From contig JAUCBJ010008830.1 in the NCBI GenBank assembly GCA_032718475.1, forward strand, positions 62,001 to 126,000: 64,000 nt of DNA. The letters run 5' to 3'. The stretch is from Nemertoderma westbladi. Its lineage: Eukaryota; Animalia; Xenacoelomorpha. The stretch's first letter is position 1, and each line of letters opens with the position of its first letter. Positions 27,451-41,149 of this stretch are shown here, piece by piece. A program made the position numbers and the translations under genes. The notes under the pieces were generated by a model that saw nothing but the letters and a program-made list of their open reading frames with translations, searched no databases and was not told the DNA's origin.

Positions 27451-29944
27451 AGTGATACTCCTGTGCGCCAAGTGGCAGTAGCGAAAGCGATATCTTTCGG
27501 ATATCTTTCGGATACAACGATTTCTTTATTAAAATCTAGCTACAGTACCTATTATTTTCATTTTTTCAATCCCAAAAAATATTTTTTTGTATGTTAAATT
27601 TTTAAAATAGTGTTTTTCTTTTATGTTTAATTGTTTTCCTATCTTTTGTAGTTACTTTACTTTGCACGTTTTATTTCAGCAGTAATATTTTACTTATGCG
27701 AAATACCTACGGTACCAAATTTATGTTCCATATAACTACGTATGCGTTGTTTGTATCCTATAGAGTATTGTAAAATTGTCCCTTATTAATATGTTTCCCT
27801 TTAGTACTGTATGTTGTTGAAGCCCTTGAACCTAAGCTAAGTATGCTTTGCCGGTTTATAAATTTAATTTTACTGTTTTTTCATTTTTTTATTTCATTTT
27901 TTTAGGTAGGAACGCAAATTTGTATTTTATCAATTTCTATCGCATTTGGTCAGGTATAAATTTGTAAACTCGTCTGACTTCGTAGAAACACAAGTTTGTG
28001 TTTCATGTGAATGATTGTACACCAATAGGTGGGAAAAAATCGATTGACGTTATCCGAGTTGGTAAGAACACAAATATATGTTATGTATAACATCCCTAAT
28101 GCAGTAATGCTTCTTCCTTGGATGGTCCTGCAATTTGACTGCTGATCTGCACGAAAATTCAGTTGTAGCTTCATTTGGAAACTAATAAATATATTGATAG
28201 ATTTTGTCTCATAATTAAATCTTCATCAAGATACAAACTGTAATATTTTTTATGAGTCATGTGGAATGCTCTAGTTTTGGGTATGACTATTACTCGCCTT
28301 TACTAGACCCAGTAACATGACTCAGTACCATAGGCATATATCTCTTTTTTTTAACTAGGGGAAACGCGTCTAGGTTAAGATCTCAAAATGTGTTTTTTTG
28401 GGATAGGGTGTATTTCGCATGAAATCCAAAACAATCAGCCATTGATTATTTCCGGGAACTTAACGTTTACCTTTGGTATTGTTTAGGTGGAACAAGTTCG
28501 ATTATCATCAGGGAATTCATATATCATTGATACTGGTGGTGTTTTTCTGCGTATTGGCTTACCTTCCATCCTCAAACTCACCTGGGTTGGGGGGAATGTT
28601 TAACACTTAAACTGGTCAGCGTCTTCATTTACTTTTGTTTCGACTTGGTAGGAACATAAATTTGTGTTTTATCAATTTCTATCGCATTTGGTCAGGTATA
28701 AATTTGTAAACTCGTCTGACTTGGTAGTAACACAAGTTTGTGTTTTATGTGAATGTACGCGAATTGGTGGGAAAAAATCGATTGATGTTATCCGAGTTGG
28801 TAAGAACACAAATGTGTTTGCCTGAGCGGCTATCCACTTGGTGCTGACGCTTTTTTGTGTTTTAGACATATTTTACGTATTCCTATAATACTACTACTTA
28901 ATGAATCCCTATAGGTTTATCATTACCGCCATTCAATCGCTTGAATGTAGAGCTACACAATGGTAGTTGAATCATCTCGAATCGCCCACTATGGCAGACA
29001 CAGTTGTGTGAGAAAGATTCTAAAATATAGAAAAGTTTAAGTAATGGCCGTTTTTTAACATTAGGTCTGATGAACATTGCAGTAAGGAAATCCACAAATA
29101 ATGCTTGGATAACCCTAAAGTCTCAGTATAACATTCGGTATATAATTTATTGGAATTGATGGACTGTAAATTAAAGCCTCATATTTAAATTTTTTAATAT
29201 AAGATAAGAATCAATGGTTGAAATTAGGTGTTCTGAGTCTGTCCAATTTTCCTTATCATACAGTATGTGTCAGACATTCAGTACCATGATTTTAGCTTGT
29301 TCTTATCTACAAGTCTCCACAGGGTTTCTTTGTTTGTAACTGATTTATTTGACAGCTTTTATAAGCAAACAGGATTTCATTTCGCCAAAGGCATTTTCTA
29401 TTGAAAATGGTTGTCCAGACAGGAATCTTCGCTTTATTGATAGCCACCAAGTGCCTGGGTGGTATTATATGGATAGTCAGGTAAATAGTAAATACTACAG
29501 CATATATCAAAGGAAAGGGACAGTGGATATGAAGTAAGGGTTAACAGATCTATTGGGGGGTTTACTATGCTCAGGCTCAGTGCCAGACATTGTCGCCAGT
29601 AACAATATAATTGAATGCAAAGAATGTGGTCATGTCACATACCTCGTACCTCTTCCAAAGGTAACCTATGTGCTAGACTAATGTCCATGACTATGTTGTG
29701 CAGAGCTAATGGCGTAAAACGACCACAAACACAAAATAAATTTTAGTGGGTTTGAAAAAAATTAGTTTAATTTAATTAAAAACATTAAGGGAAGGATCAG
29801 GTTACAGTGGGGGTGTTTTCTAACCAAAACAATAAACTATACATTATTTCACTTGGGGTCAAATTGCGCCAGCACCATATTTGGCCTCACTACTTGTTAG
29901 TATCGGTTCACCCAGCCTTGCAATGGCTGGGTGAACCAAGATTC

Positions 29945-31470
29945 AGACAACAAAATTCAGAAGTTCCAAAATGACCTCTACAAGGCGCAGAAAGAGTCCC
30001 GACTCAAACAGACTACAGCAGCCAAGAATGCAGTTAAGGCTGCATCTAGGTCCCTGAACAGGCAGGACTCTGTTAATTTACAGGAGCTAATAAACCAACA
30101 GGTTGATGCCATCAATGATGCTGACGACAGCAGGCAATCATCCCAGGCATGGAGATCGATCAACTTGCTTGCTGGTCGAAAAAGCCAACCAATCACCAAG
30201 GTTAAGGCTGAATCACCAGCCGATCGCCTCAATGGTTGGAAGGCCCACTTTGAAAAGCTCCTCAATAATGACAGGGTATTGCCTGATAACTTTATAGAAG
30301 TAAAAGTGTCTGAGTCTGTACTCCCAGATATTCCCATTGGTGATATCTCCTTTGCAGAAGTGAAGGCTGCTGCAAAGAGCATTAAGATCAATCGTGCCAG
30401 TGGAGTAGATGGTGTTCCCCCTGAGGTCATTAAAATACCTGAGTGTTTAAAGCTCATCTATCCCATCATAGTAGACATGTACCAAACAACAAGAGTCCCA
30501 CAAGAAATGAAAACAAATAAGTTGGTGCCAGTTCCCAAGAAGGGCAACCTAACACTCTATGGTTCTTTTCGGGGAATCTCATTGATCTCGATTGCTGCAA
30601 AGCTATACAATAGGATTCTATTAAATCGCACTAGGGATCCCATTGAGAGACTGCTCCGTGGAAATCAGAATGGGTTCCGTAAAGGTCGTGGGACCATGGA
30701 GCCCATTTTGGCACTTAGAAGGATAATTGAAGAGTTATCAAAAAAAGAAAGACAGGCATCTGGCTGTTATCTTTGTTGACTTCTTCAAGGCCTTTGATTC
30801 AGTCTCTTGCTCACGTATGTTCAGCATACTTTCATTATATGGGATTCCTGATGAAATTATTGCAGCAATCAGATCAGTATACGATGGTTCGACAACATTT
30901 GTGTCTACTGTTGACGGTGACACAGAACCATTTGAAGTGTTATGGGGCGTCCTCCAGGGAGACATACTTGCACCATTCTTGTTCATAATTGTTGTTGACT
31001 ATGTTCTACGCATGTCCTTAGATCATCATAATGATGATGGGGTGATGATAACTCCACCTACTGGCTCCAGAAGTCGAGGAAATCCTGCCAAGTACCTAAC
31101 TGATCTGGACTTTGCTGATGACTTAGGAGTACTCTCAGAATCACCAGAGGGAACCCAACGGCTCCTCAGCTCATTAGAACATGCTGCTTCTCGTGTTGGT
31201 CTTTTTGTTAACTCCAGAAAGACCACAAGTTTGACAGTTAACTTTGAAAGTCCTCTGCAAGTCTCTGATCGGATGAGCATAAGCTCAAAAGATGGTATGC
31301 TTGAGGTAAGGGAAAGGCATGGGCAGCCTTGAATAGGCTTTCCAGGATTTGGAAGTCACCGAGAATTAATCGGACACTTAAGGTCCGATTATTTAGAGCA
31401 GCAGTAGTTCCAGTACTCCTCTATGGGAGTCCATGCTGGGCTCTAACTGCTGAGGACACCAAATCTCTGG
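29945..31470 (+). mobile_element. RTE LINE internal fragment (copy 2)
   Basis: Near-identical to 11574-13160, with a frameshift near 30745 and an internal deletion near 31305. Confidence 0.95.
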
Positions 31471-31793
31471 CTGAAAGTCACGAAAAAAAGGTCTTATTGA
31501 TTTCTAACAAATTTTCAACTCTACAGCTTTTTATCCGACAAAGTCGCATGTCAAATTGGAAACGCAGACAACGACGACAACATAACTATTTGCCATTATT
31601 AGCCCACCCCCTTAGGCCCGCCCGCCGCACAATGCAAGATGCAAAAATCGTTCCTGACGTTATTTATAGGTTAATATTTATTCCAATTATATTTTTTCCT
31701 GACCATCCACATATCATTTCATTTTCAATAAATGAATTAAGAATTAAGACTGCCTGTTCAATATAAGTGGATTAGGTGGGAGAGTGAATGTCA

Positions 31794-31883
31794 GGGGCAA
31801 GTGGCTCAACTGGTTAGCGCCACTGATGGGGCCTGATAGGCTGAAACGTACGTATAGCACTGGTTCAAGCCCCGGTGAAGCGC
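31794..31883 (+). ncRNA. tRNA-like Pol III unit with an embedded degenerate minimal hammerhead motif
   Basis: A box TGGCTCAACTGG (31802-31813) and B box GGTTCAAGCCC (31862-31872), enclosing CTGATGG-GGCCT-GAT-AGGCT-GAAAC-GTAC-GTA. Confidence 0.55.
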
Positions 31884-33657
31884 TTTCTCATTTTTTCCAT
31901 TTCTGAACAAAACCATAATATTACAGCATTAATTTTCAATGGATAACAGTGATGATGAAATTATTGAAAATGTTGCTGCGAAAATGTTGCTGCATATATG
32001 TTGTGGGGACTGGGGACAAACTAAACTCATTTCATGAGAGCTTTGGATACATCCAATACATTACAAGAGACCTGTGGCTTGCTTTTGAATATTGAATATA
32101 GCGTAAATGTAAAATATATTGTTAAAAAATATATTAGAAGTGCATAACAGTAACAGACGCACTCGAAGCGCGCAGGGGCTTGCTAGTTTCTTATAAATCC
32201 ATAGAGGTGAGGCTGGTTCTTCAGCAAATGGTCCTAGTTAATTTTAGAGAGACATAAGCGCTAAGTCTGATATGGGCTCTGCTGCTTTGTATGTTAAAAT
32301 TAGGTGTAGATAGGTATATAAATAATCATGGATGATCCAGTATAATAAATCAGTAATAACCAATAACAACAAACACTGACTCACTGACACATTCAATTCA
32401 CAGGAGTACTTAATGAAAATATTATTATAAAAACAATTTTATGTAGACATTCATGCTTTGTTTTTTAAGTATTATTTACTATTTGCAGTGTAGGCATAGT
32501 CTACAATCACATTATGTTATATTATAGTGCCAAAATGTCATCCTCGCACTGGTAGAGGATCTATGGAGCCACGAGGTGAAAGTACTGAAAGTCTACCTAA
32601 GTTAGCTACAACAAGTTTACAAATAGTATGTAGCTTCTGCTCAAAGGGTTGCAAATCCCAGGGTGGATTGAAACTTCACCAATCCCGATCTAAAACTTGT
32701 TCTGAGGCAAGAGATGCTGCTCTACAAAAGGTAAGCCTCATTAGTTTATAGTTAGTTGTGTGCATTAACCTCAAGAGAAAAAATTGATCTCCATCCATCG
32801 CAAAAGAAATACAGTTTTGATTATTGTTTTGGGGTGATGTCAATATTGTGGGAGTGTGACAGTACTTGAATGATCTATTTTACCTGATTTTATCATGAAT
32901 GATCTATTTTTACTATTATGTCTCTGTTATTCTTAACCATTGAAAATAAATATGAAACGACCGGTAATTGAAACTAGATTTTATAATTAACAGAAATGAG
33001 CAGGTTACAGTTGCAAGCTTTATAAGCAAGTCTTACTTTTGCAACCGGCTCATTGCAACATTACATTATCGACTTATCGGTCGCCCCTCTTCCTTCAAAC
33101 ACTATAATATTTATATTGTATAATAATGAATGCTGCTATCTGAATTAGTTTTATGTTTGTTGCAACAGTTTATATTATATTATTATCTTATTATTAGATC
33201 GAGCTCAAAACTACTTCACAAACCAAGAAAGAGAGAGACTACCAAATAGAAAATTTAGACAAAATTACAAAAATTATATAAATATATATATAGTGCAAAA
33301 TTAATACTTATTAATTTGCCTTTTTAAAATGGAATCTAATAATTTAGGTATGTTATGAAAGACGTTATGTATTAAATTAAGTACAATACAATCGGAATAA
33401 AATAAGACTTCCACTACCATTACCGATCCATTTATTAGTTAATATACCTTATAAATAAGTTCTTATAAATAAATACGGCATAAATAATGTAAATTGTTAA
33501 CTTTTACTTAGTGTTATTTGAAAGTTCTTCCCACCATTTTTATCGTTGTACAAAATACTATAAAACACAATATATTTACATGATCATAATAATGAGTATA
33601 ATAGTGATGTGAGTAAGTATACTTATTGGGGCAATTTGTTTTTGTTTTCTAATTTAG

Positions 33658-34347
33658 ATGCCAACATCCTATTCATTGGCCATCTGGAAGGGAATAAATG
33701 TGGAAGCGAATATCGGAATATTGCTAGGAAATGGGTTTGCCACTATTTCCGTCCCGCAACTCGTTGGTGGCGAAGACGAGGAAGATGATATACGAATATC
33801 ATGTCAGATACTAAATGTGGCGAAACCGGGAACCGTGGCTGTAGCAAAAAGAGGTGGCCATAAGATAGCTAAGAAAGAACTCACTTACTCTAGTCTTATA
33901 TTCTGCAGGTTTGTTGAAATTTACTACTTTTTATTAATATATAAAAATAAATACACTTCAGTACTTACTACTAACAATTACCGGTACTACTATTAATATA
34001 CTATAAATTTTGTTCTAATTGTAAAAAGCAATTTGGATATTATAATATAAAAATTTGTGTATTATAATTTAGCTAACTCAACTGTTTCAAAATACTATAA
34101 AAATATAAACTACTACAAACAATAAACTACTAAAACTAACTATAAACACTATGAACTACTAGGCCTACAAACAAACTATATATAAACAATTTTTTTGAAT
34201 TACTTAGATGTCTCGCATCCAACGAGGTGTTCGCAGTGATCATGAGACGCCCGACGGAGTTTTCCAGACTCCTCTATTTCGCCAGCCGCATACGCGTTGG
34301 CAGCACGGTCGCTATAGTAAACCCGGAGTGCAAGGGGGAGAAAAACT
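33658..34347 (+). pseudogene. Unknown spliced gene, paralog 1 (exons 33658-33908 and 34208-about 34347, truncated)
   Basis: A GT-AG phase-2 intron splices in frame to ...YSSLIFCR-CLASNEVFAVIMRRPTEFSRLLYFASRIRVGSTVAIVNPECKG. Confidence 0.55.
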
Positions 34348-34349
34348 TC

Positions 34350-34955
34350 ATACTGCATACTACGACTCGTGACTACTCATTCCATTTCTGAACTTTCCTC
34401 TACCGCTACTGTCAACTACTACATACCTAATAATAAATATGTCCCTACACTAAATCAATTCCCACAACTAATTTATACTTACAGGATTGCTGTCAGTATC
34501 CCATGCCAGACATTTATCTCTTTGATCACTATAGCAAAGGTTTTATCAGAAACTACGTTTAATTTATCTCTTTGGGTGGGAACGACATTTTGTAAACGCA
34601 TGGAAGAAGATAAAGATCTACTACAGTCAGCCATCGCTGAGTTCCACTCAGCCACTAACTCAAAAATTATATGGCTTGTGTCGTTCCCCAGAAGAAAAAA
34701 AATCCCAAATAACCACAATGACAGACGGCAAGTACTTAACCACTGAATGAGAGCATGGTTTAATGACAATTTTTTGTGGAATTAGTGTTTAATAAGACAA
34801 TACTACGTTACGTATGGATCAACTTTATCTGTTAAAGGATTTGTTGACCCAAACGATTCTTTTCTAAGATAGGCCGACATACACCTAAGTGACGCCTCTG
34901 AACTAAAACTATTCTATGCATTACGACAGACAGCATGTGCGGCATTACATTAACT
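34350..34955 (+). pseudogene. Second, degenerate SGNH-hydrolase-like copy
   Basis: Aligns with 25991-26491 (ISELSSTATVNYYIPNNKY, GGND at about 34575, IIWLVSFPR, NDRRQVLN, DIHL). A short fragment of it also lies at about 9030-9090. Confidence 0.65.
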
Positions 34956-35276
34956 TTCAAAATTTCTTATCAACCAAAACAGCCTTTTTCAAGGCTATGC
35001 TACCTAATGGCAGGTTCCGTACATAAGCATTCCTCAATAATATAAGCACTATGTATCTCTCTAAATTTAAAGTAAAATGATATAGAGGACGTGGTGCGTG
35101 TATTATAATAGTCAAAGAAATGTGAATGTGCAACCAGTAGCGGGATATCAGTTTGACAACTGAGAGCAAATGCCATTAAATATATGATAATAATATATGT
35201 TATAAAGTATGATAAATATATATGTAAAAATAGTATGATGATAAATATATATATAAATATAGTATGATGATAATAC

Positions 35277-35490
35277 TAGAGACGGCGTCAAGACGCCGTT
35301 AAGCAAGTCGGAAGTCATCAATCAAATGTAAATTCCATCAACAAGCTGTTATTGGTGTTATTTTACCATTGCGCCTATGGCGTTTTTTCGTTTATGTCTA
35401 TTTTTCGAGCCCACGGCTCATGGACGAAATAGCGGAACATACCAGGGACCTTAGAATCGCGGTATCTAGCCGCTGTAAAGTAGAAACTAG
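35277..35490 (-). mobile_element. Helitron-like 3' terminus
   Basis: Minus-strand hairpin ACGGCGTC-TT-GACGCCGT followed by CTCTAG. Shares sequence with 51809-52828. Confidence 0.55.
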
Positions 35491-36274
35491 ATATTATATA
35501 TTATTCATTATAATAATATAATCAAAAATTGCTATGTAAAACAATTAGGCCAACACCCTACTGGTAAACTACAAGTTAATAAAATGTGAATAAAAATACC
35601 TAACAAAGCAAAATGCATTTACTTTATCAATAATATAATTAAATCTACAAATTATATATTTTTAGACAAAAACTCAGACTGTATGTAACTCTTGACGAAG
35701 CCAGAGCTCATGTCAACCACGAAGTTCAGCTATAAGGGGACCAGGGATGGTGGGTCTTTGGCAGGGCCAAGTCGGCAATGTCGGCCAACTTGGATGGTAG
35801 TTCAGTTGTGGAGCTAGCCTGGCTACGCATCACATGAGTTCCGCTGCAGCAGGGAAACTTCGTTTATGCCCTATTCGGAGGTGGTGCACCAGGAGGTATA
35901 ACAGCTGGCACAGAAGATTAAATAAATATATTAATTTCTTACATGAAATAAATTTAATGAAATAAAAAGCCTAGATTATCAACATTCTTTTAAATCTGCA
36001 ATGTAAATGTATCATGTACTAGTAAATGTACTAGTAAATCGGATTTCAAAAATTTGTAACACAGCAAATAACAGTTAATTCAATAATTAAATAAATTCAA
36101 AATTCGAGTAGAAATAATTCCGCACAGACGACGTGGACAGCATACATACAGTATTTAAGTATTATTAACATTATTAAGTATTTTAGTATTTGTCTAACAT
36201 ACAGTATTTAAATCCTACTAACATACATTATTATTACTTATGTAACATTACTCCTACTAACACATTTACAATTC

Positions 36275-36507
36275 TAAAGCATCCCATGCGTATTGCGATT
36301 GAAAGTGTTCCGCGAGTGATAATGGCGTGTTTCATCCTTCACAATGTCGGGCTTTATTTATCAGATGTAGTTCCGATGTACCCAGATGAAGAGGATGCTC
36401 CCGAGATTAATGACGAACACGAACCGGCAGAAGAATTAACTGAGACAGCGTTGCGTGCAGCTGGTCAACAGAAATGGAATGAGATTGCCACAATAATAGT
36501 GGAATAA
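36275..36507 (+). mobile_element. PIF/Harbinger transposase C-terminal fragment
   Basis: VPRVIMACFILHNVGL followed by an acidic tail and G...R..I-like end, as in Harbinger DDE C-termini. Confidence 0.7.
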
Positions 36508-37733
36508 TATGGACAAATCTAATATATTCTGGCTGTTACCGGAAGTGGAAGAGCTAACATAGAGTCTAATTTGTTTTGATCACCTCACTTGTACTGCTTG
36601 GAATAACTGAATGATATATAACTATAAGACTGACTATAATGTATTATTTGTAATATAGGCCTGCCTAAGTGCCTACGGTACCTACTGTACTTGAAAATTT
36701 GAATCATTAAGGTACAGCACAGGTGGTCCACAGGTGGTGGAATATTCTTGTAAGCGGATTCAATTCCATTGCATTATCCACCCGAAAATGGGCCCAGTGG
36801 CATTTTTACCAATATAGTTGGGGATACGAGATTACCAATAATAATCTCTCCTCATAACCAACTTTGGGGTGGGGGGGGGGGGGCGACACAAGCCCTAAAG
36901 CCACAGAGAGAGGTGAGAGGTCAAACCACCTCGGAGGGAGAACACAGCTAGCAAAGGCTAGTGGCGGGTGGAAACACTCACAGGGAGTGCCAAAGTGACA
37001 ATTAGTATATTAGCCAATAGCAGGGAGGGAAGCACGTGATCAGAGATAGGAAAGCATCCACTGGTTACAGAAGGCCAAGTAGAGTAAGAGGTGAAACCAA
37101 TATCTCTGTGTGTATCAATTATATAACTATTCTGTATTACTGATTTACCGGTCAGTTCATTAATCACAGAGTTGCAGACCGGTCATTGTTTACGACCATC
37201 ACCAACATCACCGATCAATATCTATTACTGATTTGCTGCTGTCATTCTGTATTGTGATATCAATTACATACTGATTCTGTGCTATTATCATTCGGAACAT
37301 TAACATTGAGAAACACAAACTCTGTTATTTTCCCCGACGGCCTTCGGCCGAAACGACTATAGTTCAACAGCATGTGCCTCTATTCATATACCTGGTGATG
37401 AATGAATTTCATATTGTAAATAAATATCTTGGGATCGCATTGGGGTTTTTTTTTTAATACGAGGCACCATATGGAGGGTGATTTTAGATCCATTCAAATA
37501 CACATTTAATCTCAATAATTTCACAAGTGGCTATGTGAATTTAAAACGGAGAAACTTGGCACCCGCCCCACACCATCTGCGCTTCTTACTACACACCTAT
37601 TCAATTAATTAATTTATAAAATACATAAATAAAATAAATATTTATATCCTCCCCTTGAATAACTCTCTTATATAGTCTTACATAACTTATTACTACAAGT
37701 TATAAAGTTTAATCTAATATTTAATACTTTCAG

Positions 37734-39573
37734 AGATGTGATATGCGGTCTCACCTTTCATATATTGAACCAAGATAAAGATAAAGATGAATCGATTTTT
37801 CTCATTGGGAATCAAAACGGGAGTAACAGTGAGAGTCGAGGAACTGGAATTCCTGTCGTCAACGAGGGGTGTCGGTAATTATAGCACCGATTCCTCGCTG
37901 CAAGTGTTATGGCAACCCCTCCAGAACTACACAGAACCTTTCTTTACCTCGCCTGAGCTATCCGGATTTGCCATCTTTATGGAACACTTAGATTTGCAAT
38001 CTGTAAGTATTTATTTATTATATAATCTAACCATTAATATTAAGGGGGTGGGAGGAGATATACCGTTTTTTGACAACCTTTTAGATTTATAATTCTCAAA
38101 TTATCAAAAATTTTTGGTTTTGTATTTATTTTGTAATATACGTAGGTACCCAATGTGATATTCTACATTACAGGTCAGAAATTGTTTTTTTCGTTATTTA
38201 ATATTAGTTAATACTATTTAAAAATTAAAGACTCTTGCTTGATCATAAAACCCTAAGGCTTTTACAGTTTTAAATTTAATCACCTTAAATTTATTTAATA
38301 TGATAGATGAGAGATGGCATTACACTATCGCACTAAGTTTGATGAAAATAAACCTTCTCCGCTATATGGCGCCGCAAATTTATACTGATTTGTAGTATTA
38401 TTATAAATAGTATTAACTAAATATTTCAAAAAGTTATACGTTGTTCAAAAATTTTACATGTGATAGGTTTTTAAATTTGAGAATTTCCCAAAAAAAACAT
38501 TTAAAGATAATAGACATTGCAATTTTTACATAAATAGTAATTTTAATAGGTTTTTCTAAATGAATTCCTTATTAAGTTAAAAATTAAAGAGGTATTAATT
38601 AGCGGTTTTCTGATTTAATTTTGCATTATAATAGAAAATAGATCATAAAAATAATTTCGAAACATTACCAAAATAACCCCCCCCCCCAGCCATAAAACAT
38701 TTATATTTACAGAGTTTATTTGATTTTTTAAAAAGCAACAGATAAATTATTGCTGAACTTAATGTTCTACAACATTTGGTTTATTTAATGAAGGAATATG
38801 TATCTTCAAATGTATATGTATATTAATATTAAATAAATAATATTTAGATATTTATTTGAAAGATAAATGAAAGCATTGCATAAGTTTCTCAGTATCGGAC
38901 GCAATGCTGCATTATTATGTTGTATAAAATTATTTTTTATATTTGAGTTATAATGATAATTATTAAATTTTTAGATAACAATGGTATCCTCCTGCAAAGG
39001 AGCCATTTGCGACGGTGTTTCGGGCCCGTACGCAAATTGTAGTTGCTACGACTCGAAATTATCATTCACTTCTATATGGAATATAAAAGCCAAAGTCCAT
39101 ATCCCTGGATCTATAGATAAGGAGGGGCAAGTAGTTCAACCACATCCCTTCTTATCGAAATCGTTCACATTATTATTTGCAAACGAATATGCACTAACCG
39201 TAAGTTTATTATATTTTTTTAATAATTATTTACAATGTTTAATATCTTATAATAAATAGGTTTGATATAAATTTAATTTAATTGTATCGTATTCCTGAAC
39301 AAAGTGTTTTCAGAAAAGATGTGTAATTAATTTAATATTATTTAGAGCCGGAATCAGCCATTTACTAACGTCGAACTCAGAAGAAACATCCGCGAAAATG
39401 TAAGACAATACGAGGCAGAAGGAAATGGCTGGGATGTGACGGGATGGGGGAAGTCGGGAGCTCAGACGGAAAAAGGTGACGGAACAAAGGAGTGGGAAGC
39501 AGCCCGGCTCCATATAGCAGCAATAAAGCCGACTAATGTAAACTATCAATTTCGGCAAATACAAGGTATATAA
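37734..39573 (+). pseudogene. Unknown spliced gene, paralog 2 (exons 37734-38002, 38975-39199, 39346-39573)
   Basis: Canonical GT-AG phase-0 introns join SPELSGFAIFMEHLDLQS, ITMVSSCKGAICDG...CSC...FLSKSFTLLF and GNGWDVTGWGKSG...LHIAAIKP in frame. One frameshift near 37780. Confidence 0.7.
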
Positions 39574-41113
39574 ATTTATAATTAATTATGTCTAGTATAG
39601 CACTGCATTAAAAAATGTAGTAACAAATGGTAAAACAGTCTCTAAACTCCTCTATCAGCATTTCTGGTATAATCTTGTCCGGACCAGCAGCTTTACCGCG
39701 TTTCAATTTATTGATCCCCACTTTAACTTCATCATAACCAAAAGGTTCAGAGAGGTATCTCAGAGAAAGAGGCACTAGAGGACAGCTATGAGACGGCGGC
39801 TGGACCGCTGACCTACGATAGCGTTAATATTACTGTTGACGACAATGCTGACTATGACGACGCAGCGAGCGACGCTGACGTAAGTGAACAGGAGGACGAG
39901 ACAGTGACTAGTGAGGAAGAACAAGGACCTCAAGTAATAGTATTAGGATCCCCTACCACTACTGTAAGGAAGGATTGTACAGCAGCCCGACCAGAGGTGA
40001 GTGATAGGGAGGGTAGTGTAGCAGAAGTGAAAGCCCGGAGCCCGGTTTCCAGACCTGTGGGTATGGTAAGTGCCGTGGTCCCAGCGGCTATAAGGAGTAC
40101 CCGTAGTTCCCGAAATAATCCTTCAAGTCCACAGAGTAAGGTAAGCGAGAGAGAATTAGACATCGCGATAAAGAAGAAACTTCGCGCGCATGCCGGACAT
40201 ATAACCCGGACGACGGACAAGGTAAGGAAGATGCTAGCCGACTCAGCGGACATCGGAAGGGAAGGGTTAGTAGAGATTAGAAAGGGATACAACTCAGCGT
40301 TATTCAAGCAGACAGAGGAGCTTGCAGTCCTAGCGAAGAGAGCAGTGGAGTCTCAGTCAAGCGACGTGGCGACGAGGGTTTACGATAGGGTTTTAGCAGC
40401 CTTGTTGGAGCACCGCACGTTATCGGAGCGATTTCGACGAGTTAGGATGAAAATTGGTTGCTATGGGCATTACAAGCGCAGGCGACTCAGGTGAGTGACG
40501 CGGAGTCGAGAAACTTAGTGGAGCGGGAAGAGACGCAGGATAAGGAAGAGCGCAGGTATCAGAGGGAAGTTACCAGCTGGCTGATGCAGAGTGGAGTGGT
40601 GGTACCGGGCTAGGTGCTACCGACGACGGACAATATCCAACAGATGACGTTAACTCCACCCGACGATGCATCTAGAGACAGTGGCGATTCCCAGGTTAGT
40701 CACGCGCGAGGGAAAGTTATATGTGCTAGACCCCTTGTTTCTCACAACTCGGCAGAGGAGAGAAGATGCCGACTAGACGAACAGCAGGCGGAAGTTTTGC
40801 GTGCATCGGAAGCACGGAAGGAAGCCGAACGAGAACGGGAGCGCACATGGAAGTTAGACGCAAAGTTGCGAGAGTTGGAGGAAATAAGTAAGTGTGAGCA
40901 AGCGGAACGCGAGCGCAAGGAATGCAAACTCCAACTTGAATGCGAACAGAAGGTTTAACAGTTCTCAAAGGTGTCTGTCAGCGGGATGGGTGGGGGGTAC
41001 TAAATAAAAATAATAAAAGAACATGTAGCATTTCCGTATTAAAAGACAAAAATATAAGCATGACTGACCAAAAGCAACAGCTGATTTATTTAATTGTGTG
41101 ATATTGATGATGC
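38653..41113. repeat. Segmental duplicate of 4187-8475 lacking 5294-7112
   Basis: Near-identical to 4187-5293, joined directly at about 39758 to sequence matching 7113-8475. Confidence 0.9.
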
Positions 41114-41149
41114 CCTCAAAGATTTCCCTCAAAGATTGTAACCTATGTT

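Noticed and set aside
37321-37370. Hammerhead ribozyme at GGCC-TTC-GGCC-GAAAC
   Set aside because: The CUGANGA core is missing. It may be the end of an LTR-like segment, which I also cannot support.
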